This document shows positions 51,091 to 64,000 of a stretch of DNA of 64,000 bases, in pieces. Position 1 is the stretch's first letter. Each line of letters starts with the position of its first letter. The position numbers were made by a program, and so were the translations under genes. This DNA is from Lama guanicoe. Lineage: Eukaryota. The DNA lies in contig MU053365.1 of the NCBI GenBank assembly GCA_013239625.1, positions 186,001 to 250,000 of the forward strand. Direction: 5' to 3'. The notes beneath the pieces are model-generated. The model worked only from the letters and a program-made list of their open reading frames with translations, had not been told where the DNA came from and did no database searches.

Positions 51091-51999
51091 TCATCTTGAG
51101 ACCATTCATTATAGCACCAGTCTCTGGGAGCTACTTCCTATTTGGGGATTTGGAAGCTACTTACTTCCTTTTCCAGAACTCTTAAAAAAAAAGGTATGTG
51201 GTATTAATATTACAGAATGGCAGGACTAATCTGATCTCCTCATTTTCCTCCATAAGTTCTAACAAGATACCCATCAGAACATCAAGGAGAGGGAACTTGA
51301 CTACTGTCTCTGCATAAGCAGTGTTACATTCTCTAAGAAGCTGCGTGAAAATGTACTGTCACTGCCCATAGATATTATACTATTATGGCATGTTCTGTAG
51401 ACTCATAAGGTAATGTGCAAAGTAGTGTTCACAAATGTTTTGAATAAGTTTATGACCTCCCACTATAAAGGAGACCTTATTCATTTGGCGCATTCACACA
51501 CATGCACACACATATGAACACTCACATATATTCTGAATGATTTATTAAAAATCATGCTACTTCAATAGATTCTACAAAATATTCTATCAGATGTGTTCTT
51601 CTTAAATAGAGCATTGAGTGACAGCAACATGAAAATGGAAATGGAAACTTTATTATAGATACGGTTAATTTAACAGTATTGTGGCTAATAACTTGTTAGC
51701 AAAGTGTTAATACCAAAAGATGAATAAAATCTTATGTGACATAAAGTAGAATTTTCAGAAATAAAAAGATGATAAGTCTGGTCTACTGTGTATAGTTCAG
51801 GAATACGTAGAACCAGGGCTAATAGACCCCCCAAAAGATATAAAGAGATGACCCCTGGTATGTATCTGCTATCAACCTTACCTGGAATGTTGTGTAACCA
51901 TGGGCCCAGTGCATCATCAGGACAGTAAGGAGAAACATGACAATGCTCAGAGGATAGTTGTCAGAATGGGGAGGGGTCTCCTCATATGTTATATGAGGA

Positions 52000-52418
52000 A
52001 TAGTTGAAGGAACTCAATTGTTGCTCCCAGTTCTTCATTCTGCAATATTGTAATATATCCACATCCTTGCCATAGTCTTGTGATGAGCAGAGTATACTTT
52101 CCTGTTCCTTGACTCTGATCTTGGCCAATATGATAGTATGTGATGTAAACAGAGCTTAAAGTTTCGTTACTGTCTTGCATGCCTACATTTCACCATGGGA
52201 ACATGCTCGTGTAGCTGCTGACCCAAAGAGAATGAGAGACCTGTAGAGCAAAACTATATCCAGCCCAGAGCCAAGCCCAGCTGAGCCCAACCTAGATCAG
52301 CTGAACCCCAGCCAATCCATGGATGCATGAGTGCAAACCAAATGCCTATTATTGCATTGTGCTGAGTTTGAGGAGGATTTGTTATGCAGCACTATTGTGG
52401 TAATAGCTAACTAATACA
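52000..52418 (+). mobile_element. MLT1I/J-like LTR
   Basis: cccagctgagcccaacctagatcagctgaaccccagcc...ttgttatgcagcactattgtggtaatagctaactaataca 3' end. Confidence 0.8.
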
Positions 52419-52689
52419 GACAGTGGTTACTTAGATGTTACATAGTACCAGTATCATATTATAATCATTAGTACCAGATGCAGTGGAGTAGAAGGAGGGT
52501 TTGATTATACAGCCATCCAAAGTCTCTTATAGCCCTGAGATTCTCCAATTTCTGAGATGAGCAAATGGCTTTTGGTCCATCAATTTTCACAATTCTAGTT
52601 CGATCAGAAAAACACTCCATTGAGTCAGATGAGTTAAAGTAGATAACAGTCTCCCTTCAGCTCCTCAGAGTCTTTCAGATTTCTTACAG

Positions 52690-52845
52690 GTTGGAAAATA
52701 ACTATCTAATGCTGTTGCTCTAGATCAACTTCATCAGCTCCAAAAGTTTGGTGGAAGTTCCCAAAGGCACTGGAGCTATGATTCAGTGAAAGTCAAGAGA
52801 ATGAAGCTGAGCGAAGTGAACCAGTTGGCTCTCTAGGTCCCAGAG
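52690..52845 (+). other. Candidate non-coding exon (156 nt)
   Basis: Acceptor tttcttacag|G and donor GAG|gtaagc; stop codons in all three frames. Confidence 0.35.
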
Positions 52846-54224
52846 GTAAGCCATCCACTAGTCATGCCTTCCTCAACTTTAACACACGCCAGAGGGCTGC
52901 TTTTCCTTTAGCAGATTATATTCTACTCATGTAAGTTCCCCATCCATTGAAATCCACAAGGGAGGAATGGTAGGTTGACAGTTATTTTGATCTCTATTTT
53001 TCATAAGGACTTTGGTCTTGGAATGTCAGTATATTAGTAGTACTGCTACAGATTTTAAAAACTCAAGGATCACTGGAATCTAGGTTGCATACATATCTTA
53101 AAGCATCTCTCCAAAACTCTGTAAATGTGGAGAAGAGCAAGAACTGGGTGGCAAAGTGACTGTAACCCACTATACCAGTGACTGGCTCAAGCTCATTTTC
53201 AGAGATATTAAAGTCTCTGTTAATAGGGTCTTTATTTAAATAGGAGTTGAATAGCATCCATTGTCTGCCTCCCTTGCTCCCGATCCCCCACCACGCCCCC
53301 AACCCCACCCCAAACAGGGACACACACCCTTCAGCCTCAAGCCTTTGTGCTTCTGTAACCTTTGTGCTTCTGAAACTGATTGGCTGAGCCCTGCAAATGA
53401 ATATACAAACCACACTAGGGCTTACTTAAGTAAGGAAACAGTGTTTTTCAAAGTGCAGGCCTCAGACCACTAATGGATCCCTCCTGGTCTCCTTCAAGTG
53501 GTTCCAAAGAGAGTTTCATAGGTTTAGTGGAAAAGGTAATGAAATTATTTTATTCACATCTACTCCCAAGATTTGAAATGTAAGATCAATTATGACTGTC
53601 ACAGAAATTCCTACAGTCTTAAAGGATGGAATTGATCAGCTTGTCTCACCTAATAATTCAGCTACAAGATGGCTGTTTACTTTCACATTTTCATGTCATT
53701 TGTATGTTATTTTTTGTGGGTGTTCTATTTTTGGTTGTTCTGATTGTTTATTATGCTCATATATCCTCAATTCAAAAAAATAGATCAATGACTCTAAATG
53801 GGCCAATGAGGTAATAGACCTCAAGAAAATGGTAACATAACTACAACTGAAAGTCATGTAAACTTAGTGAGTAGGACTCAGTTATGAGTGTAGACTGTGT
53901 ACCTGTGTGTCCTATAACAAGTGAATGTGTGATTTTTATTTCATATAAGCAGCCAAAAAAAAAAAAGAAAAGTGTAAGTAGGAACTATACTGATGACTAA
54001 CTGCTTAAAAATAAAACTTTGTAAAAAGTTCACATAAAGATATCACAGCTTTCATGTCCTTTCTAGCAAATCACACATTGAATATTTCCAGTGCAGGTAC
54101 ATGATAGTGCTTTCCAGTAATAATTTAAACATTTTTTCACTAAAACCAAAGAACATGCGAAACTACAGGTGCATTATTCAAAGATTTGCTCCTTGTAGCA
54201 AAATCAGATATAACAGAGGCTGCT

Positions 54225-54690
54225 AGACTTCATTCAGATCCATGTTCCCCTCTTTTTTGCAGAAAGAGAAACTGATATGTTGGGCACATGGATACTCAGA
54301 CAAATACACAATTGCTCAGCTTCTTTGCAGCTATCTGTCATGTGACTGAATGTTAGCCAATGGGATTCAAGGGAAAGTGATATGTGCAACTCTTGGAGTG
54401 TGTCTTTAAAGGGACAGCCTCCATCTCCTGCCTGGGAGTGGCTGTGGTGGTGAGCCTTCTTGGACCACACAGGTGAGGGCAACACTTGAGAAAAGGCAGG
54501 GTGATAAGCTCAAAGGACCGTAGATCTCTGGATGACTTGCTGAAGCAGAGCCTCCATGTCAATCTTGAACCTTCTAATTCCAGACAGTTACATGAGATAG
54601 AAATCATCTGCTACTCGGTTGAAGCCTCTGTTAACTTTGGTCTCTATTTCACACAGATAAGCACTTACTCAGGCTTAATACCCAGATACA
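54225..54690 (+). mobile_element. MLT1J/K-like LTR
   Basis: cagcttctttgcagcta...catgtgactga...tagccaatggga...ttacatgagatagaaat. Confidence 0.6.
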
Positions 54691-55639
54691 AGATTGCCAG
54701 GAAGGTTGTGATAGTAGCTGCAAATTTCTTGACAAATATTCTATTTAGAGAGAAAGAATAAAAAGGTGTTAAATGACACTGTTGGATGTTACAAAACATC
54801 AATGACAGACAAAAGGAAGAGCAATTACTATCACGTGTATTTTGTGAGTGAGAATTTTAACTGGGGAAAGCAGTGCATCTCGGTTAGTACTGCCAGAGAA
54901 TCAGCCGTGTGGACAGCAAGGAAGGGTGTTGCAAAACAACAACAAAAGAAAATTAGAAGCTGTGCCTAAATGCCCGAGGAGATTTGTTCATGGAAAACAA
55001 CTGATGGTTAACAGCCCGTCTCCTGATACGTCTCAGTTTTGAAAGGAATGGTGACAATCATGAATGTGATCAAAATATCACCTCTGATTTCACTTCTTTC
55101 CTGGGTCCTAGGAAAAGAACTAAGGAGTGAATCCAAGACTCTGCTCTCCTGCAGTGTAGTATGCTGGCTGTCAAGGAACAAGATTATATATGTGCTTTTG
55201 CAACAAAGGATGAAATCTTGAGACGCCAAAACAATGCCAGTAAAGACCATTCTGCCTTTGAGAGGCTTGCTCAAGTGGGGCATTTCAGTGATAGGTTCTT
55301 TAACTAGAAGAGTCTGAATTGACCCCTTCACAGTTAAGCTGGCGGGATGTTTGCTGTGAAGGCTAAGATACAGGGAGCTCTTAAAAGCAAACTGGTTTCA
55401 GCGGCTTGATCTCCAAGAGTTGGACTCTTTCCCACCACTCGCTGGTTATCTTCACTTGTGGAAGAAGGCAGTGATGACAGATCATTGGATGTGGTGGGAT
55501 GTTACATGAGATAATGACATTTTACATATTTTCTGTCCTTGTAATCCCTTTATTTGCCACATCGCCCTTCCCCACTCAAACTAGACTTTGACCTCCACAG
55601 CCTCAGGGAAAGGAATGTTACACTTGAATTAGAGTTACG

Positions 55640-55720
55640 GTTTTTTGTTTGTTTAACTGGAGGTACTGGGGATTGAATGAATGCTAAGCATGTGCTCTAC
55701 CACTGAGCTCTACTCAACCC
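55640..55720 (-). mobile_element. Vic-1-like SINE with an internal deletion
   Basis: Minus strand gggttgagtagagctcagtggtagagcacatgcttagcat...caatccccagtacctcca; matches the 11.2-kb SINE. Confidence 0.75.
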
Positions 55721-55754
55721 CTAAAATTGAAACAAAGTAAGTTCTTTTTTCACT

Positions 55755-55890
55755 TAAAAAACCTTTATTGAGGTATGATTGACCTACCAAAAGCCTTACA
55801 TGTTTAATGTCTGTAACTTAATTAGTTTAGAGATAAGTACACAGCCATGAAACCACCGCCACAAGCTATGCCATAAATGTCTTAACGTCT
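55755..55890 (-). mobile_element. Old L1 3' tip
   Basis: ctttattgaggtatgattgac...acatgtttaatgtctgtaac...catgaaaccacc. Confidence 0.6.
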
Positions 55891-56337
55891 GAGCTTCTGG
55901 CTCGTTTTACACTTGTATGGGAGGAGAGGACGCATAAGCTTTCTGGGCAGAAAGAGGTGGGAGAGAGTCTAGAGAGGAAGCAGGAGGGTACGCTTAATGC
56001 AGGAGCACCATATGTACCCCATTACCTCTTCCACTGCGTGGAAGCCCAGGATAGGTATGACATAACTCCCTTCAAGTTTAGAGATCAGATCTTTGAGTGC
56101 AAATGGAATAGGAGTCTAAGTGTGAGAATGCCAAGCATAGTGCCTGTGACTCAGAATCACGGGAAAGGGAATTCATAAGTTCTTGTAGCCATACTTACAC
56201 CCCCAGAGAAGGCCCAAAGTGTAGATGAGTGAGAGATGCTTCATTAATTTTCTGCTTTCAGTCAGGTCATTTGTATCAAGAAATATACCTGCTATGTTCA
56301 GCATGTGAACACATCCCATATTAGCAATCAATGCTTC

Positions 56338-56688
56338 TGCTATGGATTGAATGTTTGTGCTCACCTCACCCCAATTTATATGTTGAAACCCTAAACCCTA
56401 AAGGTGATATTAGTAGGCAGGGCTTTTGGGAGGGAATTAGGTCATGAGGGTGGCGGCCTCTTGAATGGGATTAGTGCCCTTATGACAGCGACCCCTCAGA
56501 GCTCCCTTGCCCCTTCCGCCATGGAAGGGCACAGCCAGAGATTGACAGTCCGCAGCCCAGAAGAGGGCCCTCATCTGACCATGCTGATCTCGGACTTCTA
56601 GCCTCCAGAACTGTGGGAAGTTGATGTTTGCTGTTTAGAAGTCGCCTAGCCTGTGCCATTTTGTTACTGCAGCCCAGAGGAGTAAGAC
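56338..56688 (+). mobile_element. MLT1A0-like solo LTR
   Basis: tgctatggattgaatgtttgtg...atgggattagtgcccttat...gacttctagcctccagaactgtg...gtaagac. Confidence 0.85.
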
Positions 56689-56699
56689 CTTGTCTTCCT

Positions 56700-57205
56700 T
56701 GGCCTCACATCCTGTCAGACTTTAGTCCCGTTTCTCCATTTCCCTTCATGCCAAACTCCTCCAAAGAGCTGTCTACTCTCCCTCTCTTCACTGTTTCCTT
56801 CCTATTATTATCTCTTGCACACACTTCAGGCAGGCTTTGACCCCACTACTCCACCGAACTTGCTATTTTCAAGGTCACATATGACCTTCATATGACCATA
56901 TCCAATGGTTGATCTCAGTCCTTATAATACTTGCAATCTTCCTTAGCCCAATAAATGTCAGTTCCAATCTTCCTGTTGCTCTAGCCAAGAAATCTTAGAG
57001 TCCTCCCTGACTCCTGTCTGTTTCCTACATATAGTCCATCAACAAATCCTATGGGTTCTACCTGCAAAATATGTCCATTAACTTACCACTCATCCCCACC
57101 TCCACTGCTGTACCCCCGTATAAGCTACCATCATCTTTCACCTGGATTGTTCCAAAGATCTTCTAAATGGGCCCATGCTTCTATATTTTCTTCCCTCTAT
57201 GGTCT
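56700..57205 (+). mobile_element. L2 fragments
   Basis: ccactactccaccgaacttgct...tatccaatggt...ccatcaacaaatcctatgggttctacctgcaaaatatgtcc. Confidence 0.7.
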
Positions 57206-57211
57206 ATTCTC

Positions 57212-57417
57212 CATATATAACACATATATACACACATACATATATGGATACATGTGTATATGTATATATGTGATATATGTATATGTATGTGTTTGTTTAT
57301 ATGTATGTGTATGTTTTATATATATATATATATATGTAATAATGATTAATATGTTAAGACCATGACATGTTGGAATAGAAATAGATGTATGGATGAATGG
57401 AACAGAATTTAAAAAAA

Positions 57418-57456
<39 letters not shown>
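57212..57456. repeat. Compound (TA/CA/TG)n microsatellites
   Basis: Alternating purine-pyrimidine tract 57212-57335 and (TA)n(CA)n at 57419-57456. Confidence 0.9.
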
Positions 57457-57489
57457 AATATAGTTAATAATAAATATAATCATGTTACA

Positions 57490-58290
57490 TGAAAAATCCC
57501 ATTGAGATTTTGATATGAACTGCATTAAGTGTATAGATCAATTTGAGAAAAATTTACATTTTTACAATGTTCACTTTTTCTCTCCTGGAATATGCTACAT
57601 CTTTCTCTCAGTCATGCCTTATCTGTGCTTCAGTTATTTTTGTGTACTTTTCTACGTATAAGCATTTGTGTTTATGCCCGGGCATTTTCTGTTTTGTTTT
57701 TATTATTTTGCTTAAACTTTTTGTTTGATTATTAGTATTTGATACCATAAAAGTAACCTTTTTGTTATTTACACATTCTAAATCTTGGTAGCTAATGTAA
57801 AAGAAAGCTACTGATTTTTATTTATTTATATTTTGTCTGGCCAGTTTAATGAATACTCTGAGATTTTAGTACTTTTTTTTAGTTAAGAGTTTTATACAGA
57901 GAAAAATACTATCTTCACATTACTGTACTTTTGTCTTTTTCTTATCAATATTTATACATCTTTACCTTTTCTTTTTATCACCTTCTTCACTTGGTTGCTA
58001 TTTCTAACATAACTTGGGGGCCATCTTAGAATTCTGCTTATCACACTCCTGACAATCATTTCCTATGGTATTTGTTATAGTTTATTTGGGGCATGTTTTA
58101 TCGAGTTAAAGAAAGTACCTATAATTCATAGCTTATTTTTTGCCAAAAATGATATCAAGTTTTATCAGTGATATCTTAGCACCTATTGAGATAATCCTTA
58201 CGTTTATTTCCTTTAATATGTTAATGCAATAGATTACATTAATACATTTCTTAATGTTAAACTACTATTTCATTCTTTAGATAAATTTTA
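57490..58290 (-). mobile_element. Old L1 ORF2 remnant
   Basis: gagattttgatatgaactgcattaagtgtatagatcaatttgag...ttaatacatttcttaatgttaaac. Confidence 0.65.
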
Positions 58291-59290
58291 TATATCAATT
58301 AGGAACTACTTGTGGCTGCTAGGGATGAGTGTAAGAGTGGTTTGAATAAATTAGGGGTTAATTCTCTCCCATAAAGGCAGTCCAGAGCTAATCTGGAGCT
58401 TTATGGAATTATCAAGGACCCAGACTCCCATCTTCTGCCCCTCTATCCTTAGCTTGCAGTTCCATGCTCCAATTTGCCTCAGTATCTCAGAGGGCTGCAT
58501 GTATTCCAGCTAACACATCTGTGTTCCAGGCAGGAGACAAGATGGGTGTATCAGTCAGAGTCGTGGCAAGAAACAGATGGAGTAACTGCAAATTTAATGA
58601 CTGTGTTCTTCACAAAGGTGTGGGTAGAGTGAAGGGAAATGAACAAGGAATTATAAGGAACCTAGGAGTTAGCAAGAGCAGGGAGCCATTACCACTCCTA
58701 AGTGTGACGGGGTAAGGGCAGGGAATAGTTACAGGAATCCAGGGCGAGCTGTGGCTGTCGTGGTCAGAGAAGGCTGCCTGACCAGAGCTGTGGCCTTTGA
58801 TGGAGGGAAGCAGCCACTGTCAAAGTGTGACCAACAGAGAGGGAGCCCAGGGGAAAAACATCTTGATATCTCTGCCCTTCCAGGCTCTGCCTCCTGCTAG
58901 AAACCAGAGGGCAAGATACTTGCTGATGGTTCCATACAGGTCAGCCTCCTGGGCCCGGCGCAGAGTGGGAAAGGTAGAGAGTGGGTCTGGAGGAATAGAT
59001 GCAGAATAGATAACAGAAGGGAAGGGAAGGATGAAGGGGACTGGGCCACCTGCATGTCCCTGCTTGAAGGGCTTTTGTGACATCCCCACCCGGAAATCCC
59101 ACTTAGACCTCTTTTGCAGTACTGGGCTACACGGTCCCCTCCGTCTGTGGGTGAGACTGGGCAACGTAGTTGGGATTTTGTTTCAGTTTCTGGTTTTTAA
59201 ACATTTTCAGCTGAGCACATTCCCCGCCAGCTAGAATCGAGATTCTATTACAGAGAAGGACATGAGCTGGATGATGAGGAGATGAGTGGC
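58290..59290 (-). mobile_element. MLT1-type LTR interrupted by an LTR33-like ERVL LTR (~58546-59005)
   Basis: MLT1-like atcaaggacccagactcc...acatctgtgttccaggcagg; inner element begins tgtatcagtcagagtcgtggcaagaaacagatgg. Confidence 0.55.
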
Positions 59291-59319
59291 AGTCTTTCCC
59301 ACAGCCTGCTCGATCTCCT

Positions 59320-62300
59320 GCTGCAGTGCGGCTAATGCTTTACTTAAAATGTTAGGGCTATTTTCTAGATGAGATTGGCTGTAGTTGTTCCTTTCCTGCT
59401 AAACTTGTCTTTTATGGATATTAAGGTGATGTACCTTGTAGGACGTGCAAGTAAACTGTTCATCTTAGTATATGCTCGAAAACAGTTCACATCACGTGGG
59501 AACTTTTTTGATTTTCAAAATCATCGGAATAAACCTGTAGAGTCTCTTGTAACGTATGAAGTCTCCTCGGTAACTGTAGTTACACGTGCTTTCTCACTCC
59601 TGATTCATTTACGTGTATCTTCTTCTTGATACAATTGCAAAGATTTGTCTCTTTTATTTCTGTTTTCAAAGAACCAGCTTTCTGTTTCATTGATCAAGCC
59701 CAGCCTTCATATCTTATTAATGTGTGCTTTGACTTTATTAATTACTTATATCACTTTCTTTGAGATTATTTTGGCTGTGCTTTTCCTATCATCTTCTGAA
59801 AACCTTAGGCTATTTATTTTGAATGTTTCATGTTTTCTAATGAGTGATGTAAGACATTTATTTCCCTCTGAATTCTACACTGGATGCGTCCCACAGGTTT
59901 TGGTACATAGTGTTGTCATTATTATTTATTTCTAAACAGTCTATAAATTTTAGTCATCGTTTTTTACCTTAATCCAACAATTATTTAGAAAAGCATTAAA
60001 ATATTGTTGTCCTTCCTTTTGTAATCAATTTCAAATTTTATTGAACAAGGCTAAACAATATGACCTGGGCAGGCTGTTTTTGAGAATTTGTTGGGATTTG
60101 TGTGTGTGTGGCTTCATAGATGGTTAACTGTATTTTTATTCACTCAATCTGTTGATTTCTTAGGCAGCTAAGTTAAAGTCTCCCGCTATGACTGTGGGCT
60201 ATGAATTTTCAGTTTGTCTTTCTATTTATTATCATGTTTATACTATGTATTTCAAAACTGTGTTACGAAGTTCATGGGAAATCCATCTTTGTGTCTTTAT
60301 TGAGTACCGTTCCTTTTGTCAGTACCAAATATCCATTTTCTCATTTTTTTTTTGTTTTTCGTCTGGAATTCTAGCTTGTCCAATATTAACACTGTATTAA
60401 CATATGTTTTCTTTTCGTGAACATTGCCATGGAGTATCTTTTCCATTTCTTCATTTTCTACTTTTGTGTGTTATTTTGTTTTAGGTGCATCTCTTAGAAA
60501 CAGGTTGTAATTAAATTTTTTTGCACCCAATCTAGGCATTTCTGTCTTTAATAAAGGAATTTATTCACTATTATTATGGTTACTGATCCATGCTATCTTA
60601 ATTTGTTTTCTATTTACACAAGAAATCGTTATTGTTGCTCTTGTTTCTCCCTCCAGTCTTTTGTTGCCTGTTTCACATTTTCCTAATTCTGTTTTCCTTT
60701 TTTTTCTCTAGTGGTTTGGAAGTTATACACCTCTGCTTCTCTTCCTAAATTATTTATTTATTTATTTATTTTACATGTATTTATTTATTTTAAATCGAAG
60801 TATAGCTGTCATGTTAACTCTTAAATTCTTTCCACATATTTCATCTTATATTTCTAAAGTCAACATGTAGAGTTAATACTACTAATGATTATTATAATAG
60901 CTAACACTTATTGAGTGCCAGACACTTTTCCAAGTGCTCTACAAATATCAGCAAAATTCAGCTTCACAGCACTTCCATCACGTAGTTTTAATTATTAGCT
61001 CCATTTTACAGCTGGAAAAAATCTGAGGCAAAAAGAAGTAAGTGAGTTTCCCAAAGTCATACAGTGAGCAAATAGCAGAGGTATTTCAGCCTTCAATTCT
61101 GCAGCCCAGGTTCTACACTGCCACCCCTATCCGGCCTCTCCATAGGGACAGAATCTGTACTGATGGCCTTTGGACCATAATAAGAACTTTAGCGTGTTGT
61201 TCACTGACTGCCCTTCCCCTCCTCCATTTTTAGGTCACTTGATATTTAATTTCTTACTGTTGTTCTTCTTTTTCTTTCTAAAAATATTACCCATGAACTA
61301 TTCCTTGGACTCAACTATCATTTTCATGGATTTCTTTGTTCACTTCACTTTCTTGCATCCCACATCATCTTGTGTTCTTGTATTTATTATTTTTTCCTGC
61401 TATTATTGTAGTCATATTTCTTTATTTACATTTTAAATCATAGTTGATGTACAATGTTATGCTAGTTTCAGGTGTACAATGTAGTAATTCAACATTTAGA
61501 TGCATTACAAAAAGATCACCAGGTTAAATCCAGACGCCCATCTGTCTCCATACAAATTATTATAGCATTATGGACCACATCACCTATGTGGTCTGATTTA
61601 TTTTGCTGAACTACAACATCAAGAATTTTAAAAGTGACATGGATGGTAATCTTTCTGAGTCCAAGTGTGCCTGAAAATTACTTTACCTTTCTGCGTGAAA
61701 GCTTCTTTAGCTAGGGATAGGATTCAAGATTCAAAATCATTTGCATTTTCGCTATCTCAGTATCCTCTAACATCCAGCATTGTTGAGAAGTCTGATGTGA
61801 ATTTGATTCTTTTTCTATTGTAAGTGCTCTCTGACAGCTTTTCGGGTTTTTCTTTTCTTTTTTTAATTGAAGTCTAGTCAGTTTACAACATGTCAATTTC
61901 TGGTGTACGGCATAATGCTTCAGTCATACATATACATACATACATTCATTTTCACATGATTTTCCATTCTGGGTTACTTAGGGTTTTTCTTTACCTTTGG
62001 GGTTCTGAGATTTCACTGGGACACATCCAAGTGAGTGTCTTTTTCATTCACTCCCCTTGACACCTGGTAGTCCGTTGCACCTCTAAAGTGTCATGTCTTT
62101 CTTTAGCTCTGGGAAAACTTCTATTATCTCTTTATTCTTTCCCCTTTCCCACCTCTCTCATCTCTTTTTCTAGAACTCTTATAAACAGTTCCCCAGTTAA
62201 TTACCCCAAGAGTTATCCTGGACCCTCTCCAGCTACTCGCATCTATTGTCTGTGAGCTTGGAGCAATGTCTTGTGTGTATATTGGCTTTAGTTTCTGTCC

Positions 62301-62480
62301 AATCTGTTTTCTATCTTTCAGGGATTCCTGAACATTTCTGGTCTCTTGATAGCAATCTTTCTTGTTTATCAGCACAGCTTTACATTTATTGCTTTCCTAT
62401 AAAACATATTTTTATGTATTTTCTAATGATGTTAGGCAGAAGGGGTTGAAGATGTATGTTCTTAATCTGCTATCTTGAGC
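59320..62480 (-). mobile_element. Highly decayed L1 (ORF2 5' part to ORF1), with an inserted MIR-like segment (~60890-61130) and an L1MA tip (~61430-61590)
   Basis: tttcaaagaaccagctt, cccacaggttttggtac and gagaagtctgatgtgaatttgatt are typical antisense L1 landmarks. Confidence 0.65.
61856..61980 (-). mobile_element. Short young L1 3' tip
   Basis: 12-bp TSD gggtttttcttt at 61844-61855 and 61981-61992. Confidence 0.8.
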
Positions 62481-63084
62481 CAAGCCTCCACTTTATTTTT
62501 GTTTTATTGTAGAGCATATGATTTATGTGGTCTCACGACCTTTGGAGAGCTAGGCAGGTTAAAAATAACAAATACATAAACATGAGTAAACATTGCTATC
62601 AAGCTAGTACCTGTTCATTTTCATACAAGTATTTGCCGCAAGCTGCTGAAATTCTGAAAGCGGCTGGTCTAGTGTTATTTTGCAGACAGTCTGGGGGCTT
62701 GTGTCCTAAACCACAGGGGCTCCAGAGGACGAATGTGGCCATCTCTGCCTGGCAGAAGAGCATTTCAGATCCCTCGGGCCTACAAGTGGGAGAAAGAGGT
62801 AGACTGTAAGACTCACCCATCAAGGGACCACACCTGTTTGTTTCACTGCTCTGTCATTTGTCCCTGACCATTTCTGTTGCTCAATCGGTGAATGGAAAAA
62901 AGTGCTTGTTGCCAAGCAAGAAGGTGTTAGGCCCTAGCCTCCCCCTGCCTGCTTTCATGTGGATGCCAGAATGAGATTTTGAGCAGTGGCTCCCTGTGGA
63001 GACAATCTTGGAAGCAGCCACGTGTGAATCCTTCTTCCAGCAGTGGTCCAGAATACCTCCCGTCTCCGGCGGCAAGACACAGGA

Positions 63085-63335
63085 GCTAACATACCCTGAG
63101 TGCTTACTGTGTGCTGCTCTTCTAAGTGCTTCATACGTGCGATCCCCTTTTGTCTTTACAACAACCCTCTGAGGTAGGCGCTCTGATGCTCGCCAGTTTA
63201 CAGATGAGAAAACTGAAGTTCAGGGGCATTAAGTTGTCCATGGTCACATGGCTCATGGGAATAGAGCCAGGAGTTGAACACAGGCAGTTGGCTTCTAAGG
63301 CCCACGTGTGGAACCACTATGACACACTGCCTCCA
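63085..63335 (-). mobile_element. MIR SINE
   Basis: gagtgcttactgtgtgc...acaacaaccctctgaggtagg...ttacagatgagaaaactgaag...ggtcacatggct. Confidence 0.85.
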
Positions 63336-64000
63336 TCTCAGACTATTTTTGGGGTCCTTTCTCCACCTTATCTTTTAAAATGTCTTGAAGCCTTTGTGTG
63401 GAGCACTGCACCTTGATTCCAGGGTCTCTTGGGAGCATGGCTTGTAGGTGTCCACCCTGGTCTTCTGTTAGCCAGGTCTAAGTCAAAACGCTGAGACCAA
63501 ACTGAGCCAATGTACTCTGGCCCAATGCAATGTTTCCGCCAACGAAGATGACTTGCATGAAGTATTATGTGGATCTGGTTGTAAATTCTTGTCATAAAAA
63601 TCTGGAATGATGGAAACAATTTCTGAAGTTAATGTTATTAGTAAGGAAAGAGCCATTGAATCAGTGTTGCGCCGTCCTTTAGAAATGATACAATACCTCC
63701 ATCTATTGATTTATGGACCACACGTTTGTGCATAAAGGATTTTTTAACTCGGTCACACACCTCATAAAATGAGCAGGACCAATTTACAAATGACGTAACA
63801 GTCTCTCTCCTCCCAGAGGAGCTTTCTCTGTCCTGTCTGACAGACTCAGTGCCTTCAATCCCGCAGCCCATTTCTTAGGCATTCATTCCTGGCTGTGGTC
63901 ATTTTTTTCAGGGTGGTGCTCATGACTTTTAACCGTATTTATAAGGAGTGAGGTATTACATTAAACCAATGAATTGATGCAGTATTTAGATTAAAACATT

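Noticed and set aside
53063..53413. 116-aa minus-strand ORF
   Set aside because: Non-ATG start, no recognisable family and no convincing splice sites
1..64000. CRISPR array, operon or other prokaryotic/viral system; CpG-island promoter
   Set aside because: The sequence is CpG-depleted mammalian DNA; the recurring similar segments are dispersed L1 3' ends rather than regularly spaced repeats; no long CpG-rich stretch or intact viral ORF is visible

Overview
Mammalian genomic DNA, most likely camelid (camel/alpaca lineage), inferred from two Vic-1-like tRNA-derived SINEs and camelid-type L1 3' ends. The window is dominated by transposable-element fossils: a near-full-length decayed L1 (~27.9-35.1 kb) with nested insertions, many 5'-truncated L1 3' ends with readable target-site duplications (TSDs), and L2, MIR, MaLR/ERVL/ERV1 LTRs and hAT/Tigger DNA transposons. 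I cannot recognise a named protein-coding gene, RNA gene, CpG island or CRISPR array. Nearly all ORFs in the track are L1 remnants or chance ORFs. There is moderate evidence for the 3' end of a plus-strand spliced transcript (candidate exons 10408-10504, 16586-16804 and 21554-~22500). The best-supported unusual observations concern retrotransposition mechanics: a TSD-bounded L1 3' transduction with two tails (6.1-6.5 kb), a second 18-nt micro-transduction, a twin-primed inverted L1 inside a Charlie element, and a tail-only insertion. There are also candidate enhancers (an NR5A-site palindrome and a posterior-HOX/CDX site cluster). I found no convincing new biological system. Repeat subfamily names come from recalled consensus similarity rather than a database search, and most boundaries are approximate unless TSD coordinates are given.
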